Shown here piece after piece: positions 9,744 to 20,451 of a DNA stretch of 32,000 nt (its first letter is position 1; the number at the start of each line of letters is the position of its first letter). The stretch comes from Candidatus Heimdallarchaeota archaeon B3_Heim (GTDB taxonomy: Archaea > Asgardarchaeota > Heimdallarchaeia > Hodarchaeales > Hodarchaeaceae). The notes under the pieces are model-generated. The model was not told the origin of the DNA. It was given only the letters and a program-made list of their open reading frames with translations, and searched no databases. A program made the translations under genes and the position numbers. Where the stretch lies: contig NJBF01000008.1 of NCBI GenBank assembly GCA_003144275.1, forward strand, positions 60,001-92,000. The letters are read 5' to 3'.

Positions 9744-10901
9744 TCAAATAGAATTCTTGATTACGGTATTTTTATTGAATGGCTTCAAGTTATACCTCTC
9801 TGAAGCTTTTAAATACTCCAAAAGTGGATTTAAAGAGCGATGAAAATCTTTAACAAATGATAAATTTCCTGTCGAGGTCACTATTTTGTCTTTTATTTGA
9901 TTGGGGGTATTCGTAGTGTTACGAATGGTTTTTATAAAGGCATTCTCATCTTTACGGAAACTAGAATAATCTTTCGATACAGAATTTATCACTATTTCTC
10001 TGTGACTAATAAAGAGATTGAATGGGTGCATATTGTATTGCACACTTTCAATTAAACGTTTCCTATCTTTGTCATTAAGCCCTCGTATCGAAATAAAATA
10101 TGCTACCTGTATTTTCATACCAAGCATAACTAAATTGGGCATGTATCGGGTAAAATAGAGTTCATTTCTTAGAAAAAATTGCACCCAGCGAGAAATTGTA
10201 TTCCTAGGTTTACCAACAATTTCTGCTAGCTCAATTATCGATTTACTTGGGTAATTAATTAAATTATTGAAAATTTTCCACCCTACGGGAGATATTTGGT
10301 CAATTACATCTTCACTAGAACATAATAGAGGAGAAGTTGAGTGTTTCTCTTCAATCAGAATTCCCCAAACTGATGCCAGTTGTTTTCCGTATTCCATGAA
10401 ATTTAACACCCCTTGTTCCGTAGCGGGACCTGTATATAGGTGGAAATTATGTGGATCGGACAGACCAGATTCATAACAAAAGCCGGCTAGTGTTTTATGT
10501 GCTAACGTCACATCAGTTAATGATTTACTAATTAGAAGCGAAAATCCACCATGAGTATCAATAATAGACGAAACAATGCTTGGAAAGTGTTGAATGCGTT
10601 CTTGTAGACTGGAAGGTTGATTATTCATCAATCTCGCAAGTATAACAGGATTCAGATGAAAGGACTCTAATGCGATTACTTCAGCTTTTAGTGATAGGAA
10701 ATTTGGAATATTCACTGGTCGAATCGCTAATGAACTAATAAGTTCTTTTTTAATTGTTGAGAATGTTGAACGTTTTACTGATAGTTTTCGGGCAATTTCA
10801 TAATCAGAATCTATGGGATACAAACATAAACCAACGATCACTCGCTTCTGATTCATCGTTAAGCTATGGGTACCAATCATCCTAAGATATTCCAAATTCA
10901 A
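9744..10901 (-). CDS. Double winged-helix (Lrp/AsnC-like) transcriptional regulator, paralog 1 (start may be ATG 10880)
   Basis: Same architecture as its neighbour: SDYEIARKLSVKRSTFSTIKKEL, then SIIELAEIVGKPRNTISRWVQFF and PNLVMLGM. Confidence 0.75.
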   Translation of the reverse strand: MNLEYLRMIGTHSLTMNQKRVIVGLCLYPIDSDYEIARKLSVKRSTFSTIKKELISSLAIRPVNIPNFLSLKAEVIALESFHLNPVILARLMNNQPSSLQERIQHFPSIVSSIIDTHGGFSLLISKSLTDVTLAHKTLAGFCYESGLSDPHNFHLYTGPATEQGVLNFMEYGKQLASVWGILIEEKHSTSPLLCSSEDVIDQISPVGWKIFNNLINYPSKSIIELAEIVGKPRNTISRWVQFFLRNELYFTRYMPNLVMLGMKIQVAYFISIRGLNDKDRKRLIESVQYNMHPFNLFISHREIVINSVSKDYSSFRKDENAFIKTIRNTTNTPNQIKDKIVTSTGNLSFVKDFHRSLNPLLEYLKASERYNLKPFNKNTVIKNSI

Positions 10902-11043
10902 TATTTACTGTGAAAAATAATTGAATGATGTACTGATACACCCTACTTATAATATATTAGGTACAAAAAATAATAAATCTTGAAATGAAAAAGGGGAAGT
11001 GGGCACCAGCTCTCAACAACGAGTAGCTCCTTCTTCATCGTAA

Positions 11044-11531
11044 TCCCAGGGCTTATTTACGAAACTACCTCTCTCTCCTCCATTTTTCCCTCTACAAGAA
11101 GAATTGTGAAAGCACTTTGTTCGCAGCCAGAACTAGTTGTCCTCAAACGGAAAATTTGCCTCTAGTACATCGTCTAAGGCCCAATTGCGAAGAATAGATC
11201 CAATTTGATCAGATATATACTTTTTCCCACATTATAATGCGGTCTTAACTAAGCCAGGCATTGATTTAACAACAGTTTCCAAAAATACCCCCTTTACGAA
11301 CTTAAAAGATATTATTCTTATTAAAGAGATCGATGATGGCATAATATAACAAGTTTCAATCGAATTTTCCGTGTTAAAGCAACAAAAATGGTATTAATTC
11401 CCTAAAGTTATAAAATAGCAAGAATTTCATTAAAAGGACATGAAGTTCTCACTACATTTAGAAAATATTGGTCTGATCCGAATACAGCAAGTGATACGGC
11501 CATGATCGTATTTGTTGCCAAATTTGAGTAA
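11044..11531 (+). pseudogene. Possible decayed gene remnant of unknown identity
   Basis: Protein-like text across stops: EL*KHFVRSQN*LSSNGKFASSTSSKAQLRRIDPI*SDIYFFPHYNAVLTKPGIDLTTVSKNTPFTNLKDIILIKEIDDGII*, and in another frame KIARISLKGHEVLTTFRKYWSDPNTASDTAMIVFVAKFE*. Confidence 0.25.
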
Positions 11532-11656
11532 CAATATTTGTTGAAGAAATTACTAAAATAAATAGTTCGAAAGGGAGTATAATCAAAAATTAGGACATGA
11601 AATCAGATATGCGCATTTTTATTGAAGTCCCCATGAAGACTGGAGGAGAAAAAGAA

Positions 11657-12409
11657 TTAATAAGTGTTAAAAAAGTCAATATGTCTAAACTGAGGGGGGT
11701 TATAAAGAGCATCATTCAGTAAAACGTTAGAAAGAAATTCAAAGAGTCTCAACACAGAGTCAGGATGATTGGCTGAACAACCTAAATTTAATTTCGTTGA
11801 GAATTTTTTCATATTTAATTCCTCTAAGGAATCACCAGTCTCTTTACCAGTAATCCAATGCTCTTTTGCCTCATAATCCCACTTCTCAATCTGACTGGGA
11901 GGATAATTTTCTCTAATCTCTTCAAGCTGTTCTTCCGTGTAGACATAGTCTGTAAATACACAATCTAAATCTAAAGCGACAAAGAATCGCTTGACTGATG
12001 AAGGTAGGTATTTATGCAAATAAAAACCATAAGCATAGGTACTTGGTTCTGTAAAGAATTTACTATAATAAAGTAGTAGAATAATTGAATCTTTATTTAT
12101 GAGATTGGACAGTTCCGAGTCTTTAATCATTTTCTCTGTATGCCCTTTTTTTCGCATAAGAACATTGAAATAATCAATTCTACCAAGATGGTGCAAATAA
12201 TACTCCGTGATATTTAATGTCGTTTTAATTAATCCTCTTTGTTTTAATTCTTGGATAAATTCATCAGATTTCACTAAATCTAAGAATTTTCTAAGTCGGT
12301 CAAAACTAGGAGAACCTTTATAGTTTTCTGTTTCGCTAATAGGGGAAAAAATAACGATATTTGTCTTATCTAAACCACTGTTACCCAACGAGTGCACCCT
12401 CACAATCAT
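11657..12409 (-). CDS. Hypothetical protein, possibly a highly degenerate small-GTPase fold
   Basis: 250-aa ORF. The order of segments NIVIF / YLHHLGRIDY / IILLLYY / FFVALDLD / GCSANHPDSVLRLFEFL resembles Ras-like beta1, G3, beta4, G4 and G5 regions, without a P-loop. Confidence 0.5.
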   Translation of the reverse strand: MIVRVHSLGNSGLDKTNIVIFSPISETENYKGSPSFDRLRKFLDLVKSDEFIQELKQRGLIKTTLNITEYYLHHLGRIDYFNVLMRKKGHTEKMIKDSELSNLINKDSIILLLYYSKFFTEPSTYAYGFYLHKYLPSSVKRFFVALDLDCVFTDYVYTEEQLEEIRENYPPSQIEKWDYEAKEHWITGKETGDSLEELNMKKFSTKLNLGCSANHPDSVLRLFEFLSNVLLNDALYNPPQFRHIDFFNTY

Positions 12410-12611
12410 TATCTGATTGATAAAATACTCGGATATTTAAAATTACCCTAGAACTTTGTATTCATGTAGGACCATGAATTCGTTGACACATATAATTTAC
12501 CAGTTACTACAATCCATTCTTCTCTCCATAACTGGACACCACATCGAGAGGATACCTACTAAGAGTCGAACAAGGGAAAAAACAGAAATGGAAAAAAATC
12601 TATTTCTCAAA

Positions 12612-13220
12612 TTATATTAGATCTAGAGCATCTTTTAGTTGGTCTTTTTCTTTTTCTGAAAGGCCTTCCTTACTGGGTATTAATAAATCAGATTCTCCAG
12701 CTAAGGACATTGAAACTTGTAGAGATTTGTCGAGATAGTAAGTGGCTTTGTCTTCCATTTTTTTATACTTATACGCCGCTGAAATGATGTACAAACTAGT
12801 AGCAATACCCTTTACATAACCAATATCTTGTGTCACTGCCAAAGCTTCTTCGGTAAAATCAAAAGCTTTGATGAAATCTTTTCTCTCCATTGCGAGGACC
12901 CAAGCTAAATTTAACAATGCTTCAGCAGTACCTTTTTTGTACTTATGAACACGAGCATTTGCTAGTGAAGTGGCGGTAATTTCCAGGAACTTTTCAAAAG
13001 AATTGTTTTTCCAATGTAAAATACCCAAAGCATTCTGAACATCAATCTCAGGTTGAACAAAAGACAATTTCGCTGCTTCTTTCAGAGTCTCTTCTAAGAG
13101 CAAAATGGCTTTTGAATAAGCTCCTTCTTCTGCAAGGGAAACGGATTTTTGAAGGATCGCCTTAAATTTATCGATTACCTGAGGATCAAGGGTTTTCATT
13201 TTCTTGTTCATTTTGCTCAC
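12612..13220 (-). CDS. Tetratricopeptide-repeat (TPR) protein
   Basis: Repeated helical pairs: QNALGILHWKNN, AEALLNLAWVL...FIKAFDFTEEAL, IATSLYIISAAY...ATYYLDKSL. Confidence 0.8.
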   Translation of the reverse strand: MSKMNKKMKTLDPQVIDKFKAILQKSVSLAEEGAYSKAILLLEETLKEAAKLSFVQPEIDVQNALGILHWKNNSFEKFLEITATSLANARVHKYKKGTAEALLNLAWVLAMERKDFIKAFDFTEEALAVTQDIGYVKGIATSLYIISAAYKYKKMEDKATYYLDKSLQVSMSLAGESDLLIPSKEGLSEKEKDQLKDALDLI

Positions 13221-13462
13221 TTTGCGAACCTTGAGAAGCTACCAGTACAAAACTTCTGTATTCCTCTGCTACTCTATGAAAAATTTCTGAATTCGTTAAT
13301 TAAATATTTTGATAGTTCACTACCTAAATAATATTTCCCATTGAAGTTATCTCTAACACTCAAACTTTCTATAGAATATAGATTTAGACTAGAGAATTAC
13401 CACTGTAAAATGCTTGAAGTCGGAAGGAATTAAGAAAACTACTACCTAGAATGTGTTAAACA

Positions 13463-14179
13463 ATGCGTTGTCTAGGAGATTATGTTCTAGGGGAATTTCT
13501 TGAAAGACCAAATAGATTTTTGGCTCGAGTACGCGAAATTCCGTCACAAACAGAACACTATGCTCATGTTCCGGATCCTGGACGTTTACGTGAGCTTTTA
13601 GTTCCATCCGTAGAGGTTCTTCTTGCGAGAAGTGATAATCAAAGAAGAAAAACTAAATTTTCTCTCGTTGGAGTGAAAGCTGGTTCCATATGGGTGAATA
13701 TAGACTCACAACTGAGTAATCAGCTGTTCAAAGAGGATTATGCAAAAATTGAGCGGTATCGGGATTTTAAACTCTTGAAATCAGAGTTCACATTTCAAAA
13801 GTCACGTTTTGATTTTTTGATGGAAGATCATAGTAATTCCTCGGCACCTAAAAAGACCCTTATTGAAGTGAAAAGTGCAACACTCGTTAAGGATCATACT
13901 GCGATGTTTCCTGACGCACCAACGGCAAGAGGCGCACGACACGTGAAGGAATTAACGGAGGCACTATCTGTTGGTTATAACGCTGAAATTGTGTTTATAA
14001 CAAAACGGAATGATGCCATTAATTTCACTCCCTATAGAGAAATGGATCCCAATTTTTATGAGGCATTAGTTATAGCGAAAAAAACTGGAGTAAAACTGTG
14101 TGCAGTTGTTTGTAATTATGATCCGATCGAATCACAAGAGCTCACTATTATCAAAGAAATACCTATTTTTGGAGTCTAA
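13463..14179 (+). CDS. sfsA: DNA/RNA nuclease SfsA
   Basis: FLERPNRFLA, AHVPDPGRLREL, RKTKFSL, SRFDF, LIEVKSATL, MFPDAPTARGARHVKEL. Confidence 0.95.
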   Translation: MRCLGDYVLGEFLERPNRFLARVREIPSQTEHYAHVPDPGRLRELLVPSVEVLLARSDNQRRKTKFSLVGVKAGSIWVNIDSQLSNQLFKEDYAKIERYRDFKLLKSEFTFQKSRFDFLMEDHSNSSAPKKTLIEVKSATLVKDHTAMFPDAPTARGARHVKELTEALSVGYNAEIVFITKRNDAINFTPYREMDPNFYEALVIAKKTGVKLCAVVCNYDPIESQELTIIKEIPIFGV

Positions 14180-14362
14180 TATAATATAAACAGTAATAAA
14201 GGTAACAAGTTCGATTTCTATTAAACTCTCATTATCTCTTCCGAAAAAGGGGAAAAATTAACCTCTGTGTCTGAAATTGACTTAAATCTCCAAGATTAAA
14301 CCGAAAATTACTTTAATCTGAGCGTTTTACATATTTATAAGATCTTTCGAAACTCGCTGTGT

Positions 14363-15475
14363 TTGACGGTAACGAGAGTGTGGAAGCAAGTAATTGCCCA
14401 TGTTGATTTAGATGCATTTTTTGCTAGTGTCCATCTGAAAATTCATCCTTTTCTAAAAAATTATCCGGTAATTATTGGCTCAGATCCCCAAGCAGGAAAA
14501 GGACGAGGTGTAGTCTCTACCTGTTCGTATGAGGCAAGAAAATTCGGACTCCATTCGGGCATGCCAATTTCAACCGCGTATCGACAATGTCCAGATGGAA
14601 TATATATATGCTCGGGACGTGAGATATCGTTCACCAATTATCATAAAGAATCTAAGAAAGTAATGGCAATTTTAAAAGAATACACCCCAATTTTTCAAAG
14701 TTCAGGACTAGATGAAGCATATTTAGACTTAACACAAGTTTGGGAAGAGTATGGTGATACACCAAGAGCGGTTGCTCAAGATATTCAAAATAGGATTCAA
14801 AACAAGCTCTCATTACCAATTTCGGTGGGAATAGCTGAATCAAAATCCATAGCTAAGATCGGAAGTGACCTTAACAAACCTAATGGTATTGCAATTGTAT
14901 CGAATACTGATATTCCCATCAAGCTTCATGCTTTGCCAGTAAGGAAAATTAATGGAGTGGGAAAAAAGACCGAACAAGTGCTTAATCGGAAAGGATTAAA
15001 GACAATAGGAGATATCGCAAACACTACTCGGGAGAAAATCTTTTTACTCTTAGGGGATTATGGCTTGCATTTACAGAAAGTCGTACATGGTGAGAATTAT
15101 CGACCTGTTGGAAATTTTCGTGGGGAAAGAAAATCAATAAGCTCTGAGAGAACATTTCGAACAGACCAAAATGATTGGAAGGTTATTAACACCAAAGTAA
15201 AAGATATCACCTCTAAACTGGTTAGTAGACTTCAAGAATATCGTCTCTTGACTAAAACTGTTAGTATTAAAATCCGTTTCGAAGGTTACATTACTTATAC
15301 TCGTAGTTCTAGCTTTACTAATTATCTTAATGATGAATCCGCTATCCTAGGGAAGACCAGATACTTATTGGATGAGTTTAGAAATTCACAAAAGAAAGTA
15401 CGTTTAATTGGCGTGAGGGTTTCGAGTTTAAAGAAACAAGGCGGTCAAACGGTATTAACTCAATTTCTTTCTTAA
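14363..15475 (+). CDS. dinB: DNA polymerase IV (Y family, DinB)
   Basis: HVDLDAFFASV, STCSYEARKFGLHSGMP, GLDEAYLD, SVGIAESKSIAKIGSDLNKPNG, INGVGKKT, RKSISSERTF; C-terminal PIP-box QTVLTQFL. TTG start. Confidence 0.97.
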   Translation: MTVTRVWKQVIAHVDLDAFFASVHLKIHPFLKNYPVIIGSDPQAGKGRGVVSTCSYEARKFGLHSGMPISTAYRQCPDGIYICSGREISFTNYHKESKKVMAILKEYTPIFQSSGLDEAYLDLTQVWEEYGDTPRAVAQDIQNRIQNKLSLPISVGIAESKSIAKIGSDLNKPNGIAIVSNTDIPIKLHALPVRKINGVGKKTEQVLNRKGLKTIGDIANTTREKIFLLLGDYGLHLQKVVHGENYRPVGNFRGERKSISSERTFRTDQNDWKVINTKVKDITSKLVSRLQEYRLLTKTVSIKIRFEGYITYTRSSSFTNYLNDESAILGKTRYLLDEFRNSQKKVRLIGVRVSSLKKQGGQTVLTQFLS

Positions 15476-15603
15476 CTCAGACAAATACAATGTGTTTAAT
15501 TGAAATTCAGCATAATCTAGCTCTACTTATTCAAGAACATTAAAAAAATTACAGCTGAAAGAGAACATAGTACAAATATTATTTTCTATAGAGGTCTCCC
15601 AAA

Positions 15604-17166
15604 ATGGTTTATCGTTTATCAAAAATGCGTTTTAAGACAAAAGTGCTATTTTTCTGTGTGATCTGGATTTTTTCCGCAATGATAGCTACCGTAGGTGCGA
15701 TGTTTATTACAACGGCAGCAATTCTTCCTAGTACTCCCTACAATATTGACGAAAGTCCACTGATTAGAGAGATTCGCCTAGATATGGGTAAATGGTATAG
15801 CTGGAATTATTTTAATGAAGAAACTGGGGACTGGTTCCAAAATGTAACAGTTTCAGAACAGGAAGGAAAATTACTTGTCTATACTTTGGGTGGAACCCGT
15901 ATTCCTGACTTTAGGCCTTATCGACTCGAGGAGGTTAGGGCGAATGGATGGGTTACTTTCTTCCCAGAAGCAGAAATCCTTAACTTCTTTTATCATGACC
16001 CATCAACAAACAATTTCACAGTTTACGATGTCCATATTGGTTTTCGTGAAGCTATATGGGTTAATATGGAGACACATGAGTTAGTTCCCCATTATCAACC
16101 CCAAAAGTCATTTCCAATATTTCAGCGAGCCGAAGAAGGAGCCAGCACTGGAGCTGATCGTTCTGGGGAAATCATAGGAAATTATTATGAGGTTAGCAAC
16201 AGACCAATTCTAGACTGGTTGAAACAGATAGTTATTGCAATTGGTGAAAATTTCATAAACGAGTTTCTCTTCGTAGGAAGTTTATTACTCATAACGGTAG
16301 CAATTGGAGGAGGTGCAAGTATCCTCACTGCATTTTTATTGATCATATTCCGTATTGTCAAGTTAATTGGAGGAAGATTTTGGACATATATGGTTCTTAA
16401 GATGCTTAATGGCAAGACAGGGAAATTAATTAATATTATCCCATTTTTTGACTTCGAAGGTGAAACTTATATTGAAGAAAGCTTTGTAAATGTCATTAAT
16501 CTATCTGGTGTTCGATCTACTCTCGGAGAATTATATAAACAAAGAGCTTACGATATTTTATTCTTCCCCACGGCATTAGCAGCCATTTTAACTATATTAT
16601 TTGTACAAAATTCTCCTTTTGAAGACAAAGTTACCGCCCTTGTTTGGAGTCCAATCTTATCTCCGTTTGTTCTACTAATTCTTCTCTTCTACATTCCAGT
16701 TATCTGGAGTTTTAACGAGGGAGGATTCAAACGAATTAAATCAAGTCCACAGGGGGATATTGTTGCGGTAAAACCTCTCGGAAAGATATTAAGAGATGGA
16801 CTAGGCATTATTATTGGATTTTCTGGTATAATATCCCTTGGAGCGCTTGCAGTACAAGTCACAGAAAGTTTTGCTGGACAAGCTACCTCCACAGAGGGAA
16901 TACAGGTTGCTGGGTTTTCATTAGATCTTTTTGGAATAGCTCTACTAGTTCTGTGGACAATAGGCCTCTTTTTGATTTTGCTTGCTTCAATACTAGTCGG
17001 TGCATCGTTAATAGCAGTATCATACCTGCAATCCACACATTTGAATACAATCAAAGAGCTTCGTGAACGATCAGAGAAAGATCAAGTGATAAGTAACTTT
17101 GGATCGCTATCAGCCAATTTTAAACCAAAAGGAATTGAAACCATTTACTCAACGGATGATGAATGA
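15604..17166 (+). CDS. Multi-pass membrane protein of unknown function
   Basis: 520-aa ORF with an N-terminal TM helix, a soluble region of about 170 aa and several further hydrophobic helices. Confidence 0.75.
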   Translation: MVYRLSKMRFKTKVLFFCVIWIFSAMIATVGAMFITTAAILPSTPYNIDESPLIREIRLDMGKWYSWNYFNEETGDWFQNVTVSEQEGKLLVYTLGGTRIPDFRPYRLEEVRANGWVTFFPEAEILNFFYHDPSTNNFTVYDVHIGFREAIWVNMETHELVPHYQPQKSFPIFQRAEEGASTGADRSGEIIGNYYEVSNRPILDWLKQIVIAIGENFINEFLFVGSLLLITVAIGGGASILTAFLLIIFRIVKLIGGRFWTYMVLKMLNGKTGKLINIIPFFDFEGETYIEESFVNVINLSGVRSTLGELYKQRAYDILFFPTALAAILTILFVQNSPFEDKVTALVWSPILSPFVLLILLFYIPVIWSFNEGGFKRIKSSPQGDIVAVKPLGKILRDGLGIIIGFSGIISLGALAVQVTESFAGQATSTEGIQVAGFSLDLFGIALLVLWTIGLFLILLASILVGASLIAVSYLQSTHLNTIKELRERSEKDQVISNFGSLSANFKPKGIETIYSTDDE

Positions 17167-17337
17167 GGATTAACGGAGTTAATTATTGTTAATTTTCCCC
17201 CCATTCTCCCTTTTTTATCTAATTACGAGTATATAGACAATTTACGAATATCAAAATCATTCCCCTTGTAAGAATCTGCGATGGCCGAATGCAAGTCATA
17301 TTAAAAGATGATGATTACAGCTACATAGGTTATAACT

Positions 17338-17868
17338 GTGGATAAGATACAACTTCGAGCATTCTATGAGGAATATGAAGCAATAGATGCTAATAATTAC
17401 TCTCAAATCTTTGATTTAATCAGGAGAATCGCGAGTACTGTTCTAAAAAAATCACGAGCGGGTATTCTAATAGGTTTAGAGGATTTAGGTTTTCACCCAC
17501 AAGGGTTTGTAGGAGGTTATCATCGCGTTGGTACGAATGAAATTTATCTTAACCGCAATGTATTGCAAATAATGAGAGAAGAAACACCAAAAGGCCACTA
17601 TAAGGCTTATTTATTCCATTTACTCCTACACGAATATATCCACTCTATAGGATATACCGAGGAAGAAGATACTCAAAAAATGACACGATTTATATCTAGG
17701 ACAATTTTTGGTACAAGACATCCTGTTTTCAAAATTGCGGCCTACGGACTGAATGCATTATTTCCCCATGAATTCTATGAGGGCCACTTCGAACCCGATG
17801 ATCATTTACCAAGAAATATCGAATTTATTCAACTTCACCATCATGATAGTCGATTAACCTATATGTAA
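17338..17868 (+). CDS. Putative zinc metallopeptidase (HExxH) family protein
   Basis: GGYHRVGTNEIYLN followed by LLLHEYIHSIGY. GTG start. Confidence 0.7.
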   Translation: MDKIQLRAFYEEYEAIDANNYSQIFDLIRRIASTVLKKSRAGILIGLEDLGFHPQGFVGGYHRVGTNEIYLNRNVLQIMREETPKGHYKAYLFHLLLHEYIHSIGYTEEEDTQKMTRFISRTIFGTRHPVFKIAAYGLNALFPHEFYEGHFEPDDHLPRNIEFIQLHHHDSRLTYM

Positions 17869-18038
17869 TTCAGGAAACTACAATAAGTTAAAGTTAATCC
17901 TTTATTTTCTATTTGAGAATACTTTCCCTACCTAGATATTGATGGAGAGAGAACTTTTAAAATCGTAGCAAAACAGTCCATACTTAAGTTTACATTAATT
18001 ATAGAATTGGTCAAAAGAAACATTTCAGAGAGGATTTT

Positions 18039-18278
18039 ATGAAAAAAATTGGTGGATTAGCGAAAGGAGCTGCAAAAGGGGCCGTTAAAGAAGCAATGAG
18101 TACCGCATTACAAACAGCAGTAAAAGAAATAATTGTTGAAACTGGTGCAAAGGATATAGCAAAAGATCAGTTGTTAGAAGTAGGGAAAAAAGTTATGGGA
18201 GATAAATCAATCCCAAACAAGCAAAAATTACAGAAAGAAATACTCAAAACATTGATTAAGAAAGAATTAGGACTATAA
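18039..18278 (+). CDS. Small basic helical hypothetical protein
   Basis: 79-aa ORF with GAGG SD upstream (cagagaggattttATG); Lys/Ala/Gly-rich amphipathic sequence. Confidence 0.7.
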   Translation: MKKIGGLAKGAAKGAVKEAMSTALQTAVKEIIVETGAKDIAKDQLLEVGKKVMGDKSIPNKQKLQKEILKTLIKKELGL

Positions 18279-18307
18279 GGAATAGCTCCCTTATTCTATC
18301 CAATCCT

Positions 18308-20446
18308 TCAACTTTTTTCACCTGTGGATTCTGTAATATCGCTAGATTTTTCGGGACTCGGAGTCCTCTCATCTGACTCAATGGGCAAATCTAGCGGATC
18401 TTTACTACATTTTCTTCTTTCTAGGCGGATTTTCAATGAGGTCAGCTCCAGAAATATGACGAGGACTATCATAATGACAATACGAGGCATCGCATAAAGA
18501 TCACCTTGAATCCCTTGATAGCAGGAACCTAAGAATAAGCCAAGTATGAGAAGTCGACTGAAATTTCTGAAAAAAATAATTATAATTCCATCAGGTTTCT
18601 TTCGAACAAACTGGAACCATTCAATCACGACTAAAATGAAAATTTGAGCTGTAAGCGCTCCTAACAAATACCAACTCCAAATAGTAAATCCTCCAATCTG
18701 ATACAAATCACCACTATTAATAGAAGCAAAAGAATAAGTTGGAATAGCATATGAACCATCCATACTTGTACCAGTAAGTAATATCAAAAGGAAGAGGAGA
18801 ACCTCGTACACCGAGCCCAATAATAATACGAGTGCAATAACAAAGGCTTTTATGAAAGAAAATACGGGTGTGAGAATTATGTACAAAGCTGAAGCTAGGA
18901 TACTAAGCATTTGATAGGAACCCCTCAAAATTTTATGCAGTTTTGAATCACTCACCTCTCTGGATGGATCCATGGAGGATTGAGACCTTTGCCTCTTAGG
19001 AACAGTCACAATTTCTGAATTAGAAGGAGAGTCCGGGATAAGAGTCTCTAGAATTTCGTGACGTGATGAAACCAAAGCAGGATCTTGACCCAAATATTGT
19101 AGCCCACTAACAATTGATCTTTTTACAGCTAAATGCCTTTGAAAACCAACCGTGGTTTCAAAGAACACGTATGTCAGAATAAGGAGGGGAGTAAAGATAT
19201 ACATACTAGAGTAGGAATAATTGTAAGTATATGCAGTAACCATCATTAAAGTTCGAATCCCAAGTATTCTACCAACCCAAAAACTCACAGTATTCAATTT
19301 ATAGTTGGAATGAGAAACCCCAGCTTCTGAGAAGCTCAAGACGATCATAGCAATTAAAATTGCGCTCGTTATGAACAGATGAATATTTAGTGGACCTATT
19401 AATCTTGAGGTGAAAAAAGAATCTTGAAAAAATCCACTTTGCCACCCATATCCCCAAGGGAAAAGCAAGCTAAATAGTAAAAAAGGCCCCCCGATGGAAA
19501 GTACCAGCTTTTCATATCTGGAATAATATTGAAAATAATCACGCCAATTATGAAATATTTGTTTGAAGTCTGACAAAATTTTACCAGCATCAACTGAATG
19601 GGCAACTCTAATCAGGAATGGAGAAATAGTTCTTATCCAAAAATCAGTTTTTAATTGTCTTTCCAACAATATTTGTAGAACAATTAACAAGGGGAAAAAT
19701 AGGGCAATTCTCCAAGGTAGGGGTAACAACGAGGCTTTAAAAATTAGAACAAGAAATCCTATTCTTGCGATGATAATTAAAAAATCGTCATCCAACTTTC
19801 GCAGAAAACCCTTGGATAATAAGCTTTGTTTCCATCTGTGAATCAGCCATCCTTCGAAGAAAAGGAAATTAAATACCCATAAGGCACCAATGGAGATATA
19901 ACTATCGGTAAAATATTCTACGACATAAAGATAGTAGTGACTTGCACCAATATCTCCAAATGGTCTCGTTGCGACCATTATAATTAGCATTATAAAGGTA
20001 AAAGCAGAGATAACCCTATAGATTGCAAAAAGTTTATATTGTCGTAATTGCTCCAGATATTTACGAGTAGAGGAGGAGAATGTGGGGGAGTCTTTTGATT
20101 TAGAGCCACGAAAGGAAAGTGGTGGCTTCTTTACTGAAGCTTTTTTTGATCCATGTCCTGCCTTGGTCTTATCTAGGTGACTGGTCTGGTCATTTTTTGG
20201 TTCTAAATATTGGTCACATATTTCAGAGGGAGAACCACATTCTTCCATCGCTTCTAATACGTTCGAATGTGAAATGGTTTCCCCTGTGGCAAGCTCATTG
20301 CTTCGAATAAACATAAAATCATTGATTTCATTTAGTAGTGAGTCTATTTCATTTGGATGCATTTTACAGGTTGATTTCAAGTATTCTTCAACATTATCGA
20401 TATACGAGCGGATTAACACCTTGGCATCGTTATTAATTTTCTTCAT
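18308..20446 (-). CDS. HAAS-domain multi-pass membrane protein (PadR partner)
   Basis: N-terminal IRSYIDNVEEYL...EIDSLLNEI...MEECGSPSEICDQY matches the HAAS helical domain; many TM helices follow. Starts 5 nt after the PadR stop. Confidence 0.75.
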   Translation of the reverse strand: MKKINNDAKVLIRSYIDNVEEYLKSTCKMHPNEIDSLLNEINDFMFIRSNELATGETISHSNVLEAMEECGSPSEICDQYLEPKNDQTSHLDKTKAGHGSKKASVKKPPLSFRGSKSKDSPTFSSSTRKYLEQLRQYKLFAIYRVISAFTFIMLIIMVATRPFGDIGASHYYLYVVEYFTDSYISIGALWVFNFLFFEGWLIHRWKQSLLSKGFLRKLDDDFLIIIARIGFLVLIFKASLLPLPWRIALFFPLLIVLQILLERQLKTDFWIRTISPFLIRVAHSVDAGKILSDFKQIFHNWRDYFQYYSRYEKLVLSIGGPFLLFSLLFPWGYGWQSGFFQDSFFTSRLIGPLNIHLFITSAILIAMIVLSFSEAGVSHSNYKLNTVSFWVGRILGIRTLMMVTAYTYNYSYSSMYIFTPLLILTYVFFETTVGFQRHLAVKRSIVSGLQYLGQDPALVSSRHEILETLIPDSPSNSEIVTVPKRQRSQSSMDPSREVSDSKLHKILRGSYQMLSILASALYIILTPVFSFIKAFVIALVLLLGSVYEVLLFLLILLTGTSMDGSYAIPTYSFASINSGDLYQIGGFTIWSWYLLGALTAQIFILVVIEWFQFVRKKPDGIIIIFFRNFSRLLILGLFLGSCYQGIQGDLYAMPRIVIMIVLVIFLELTSLKIRLERRKCSKDPLDLPIESDERTPSPEKSSDITESTGEKS

Positions 20447-20451
20447 ATAAT

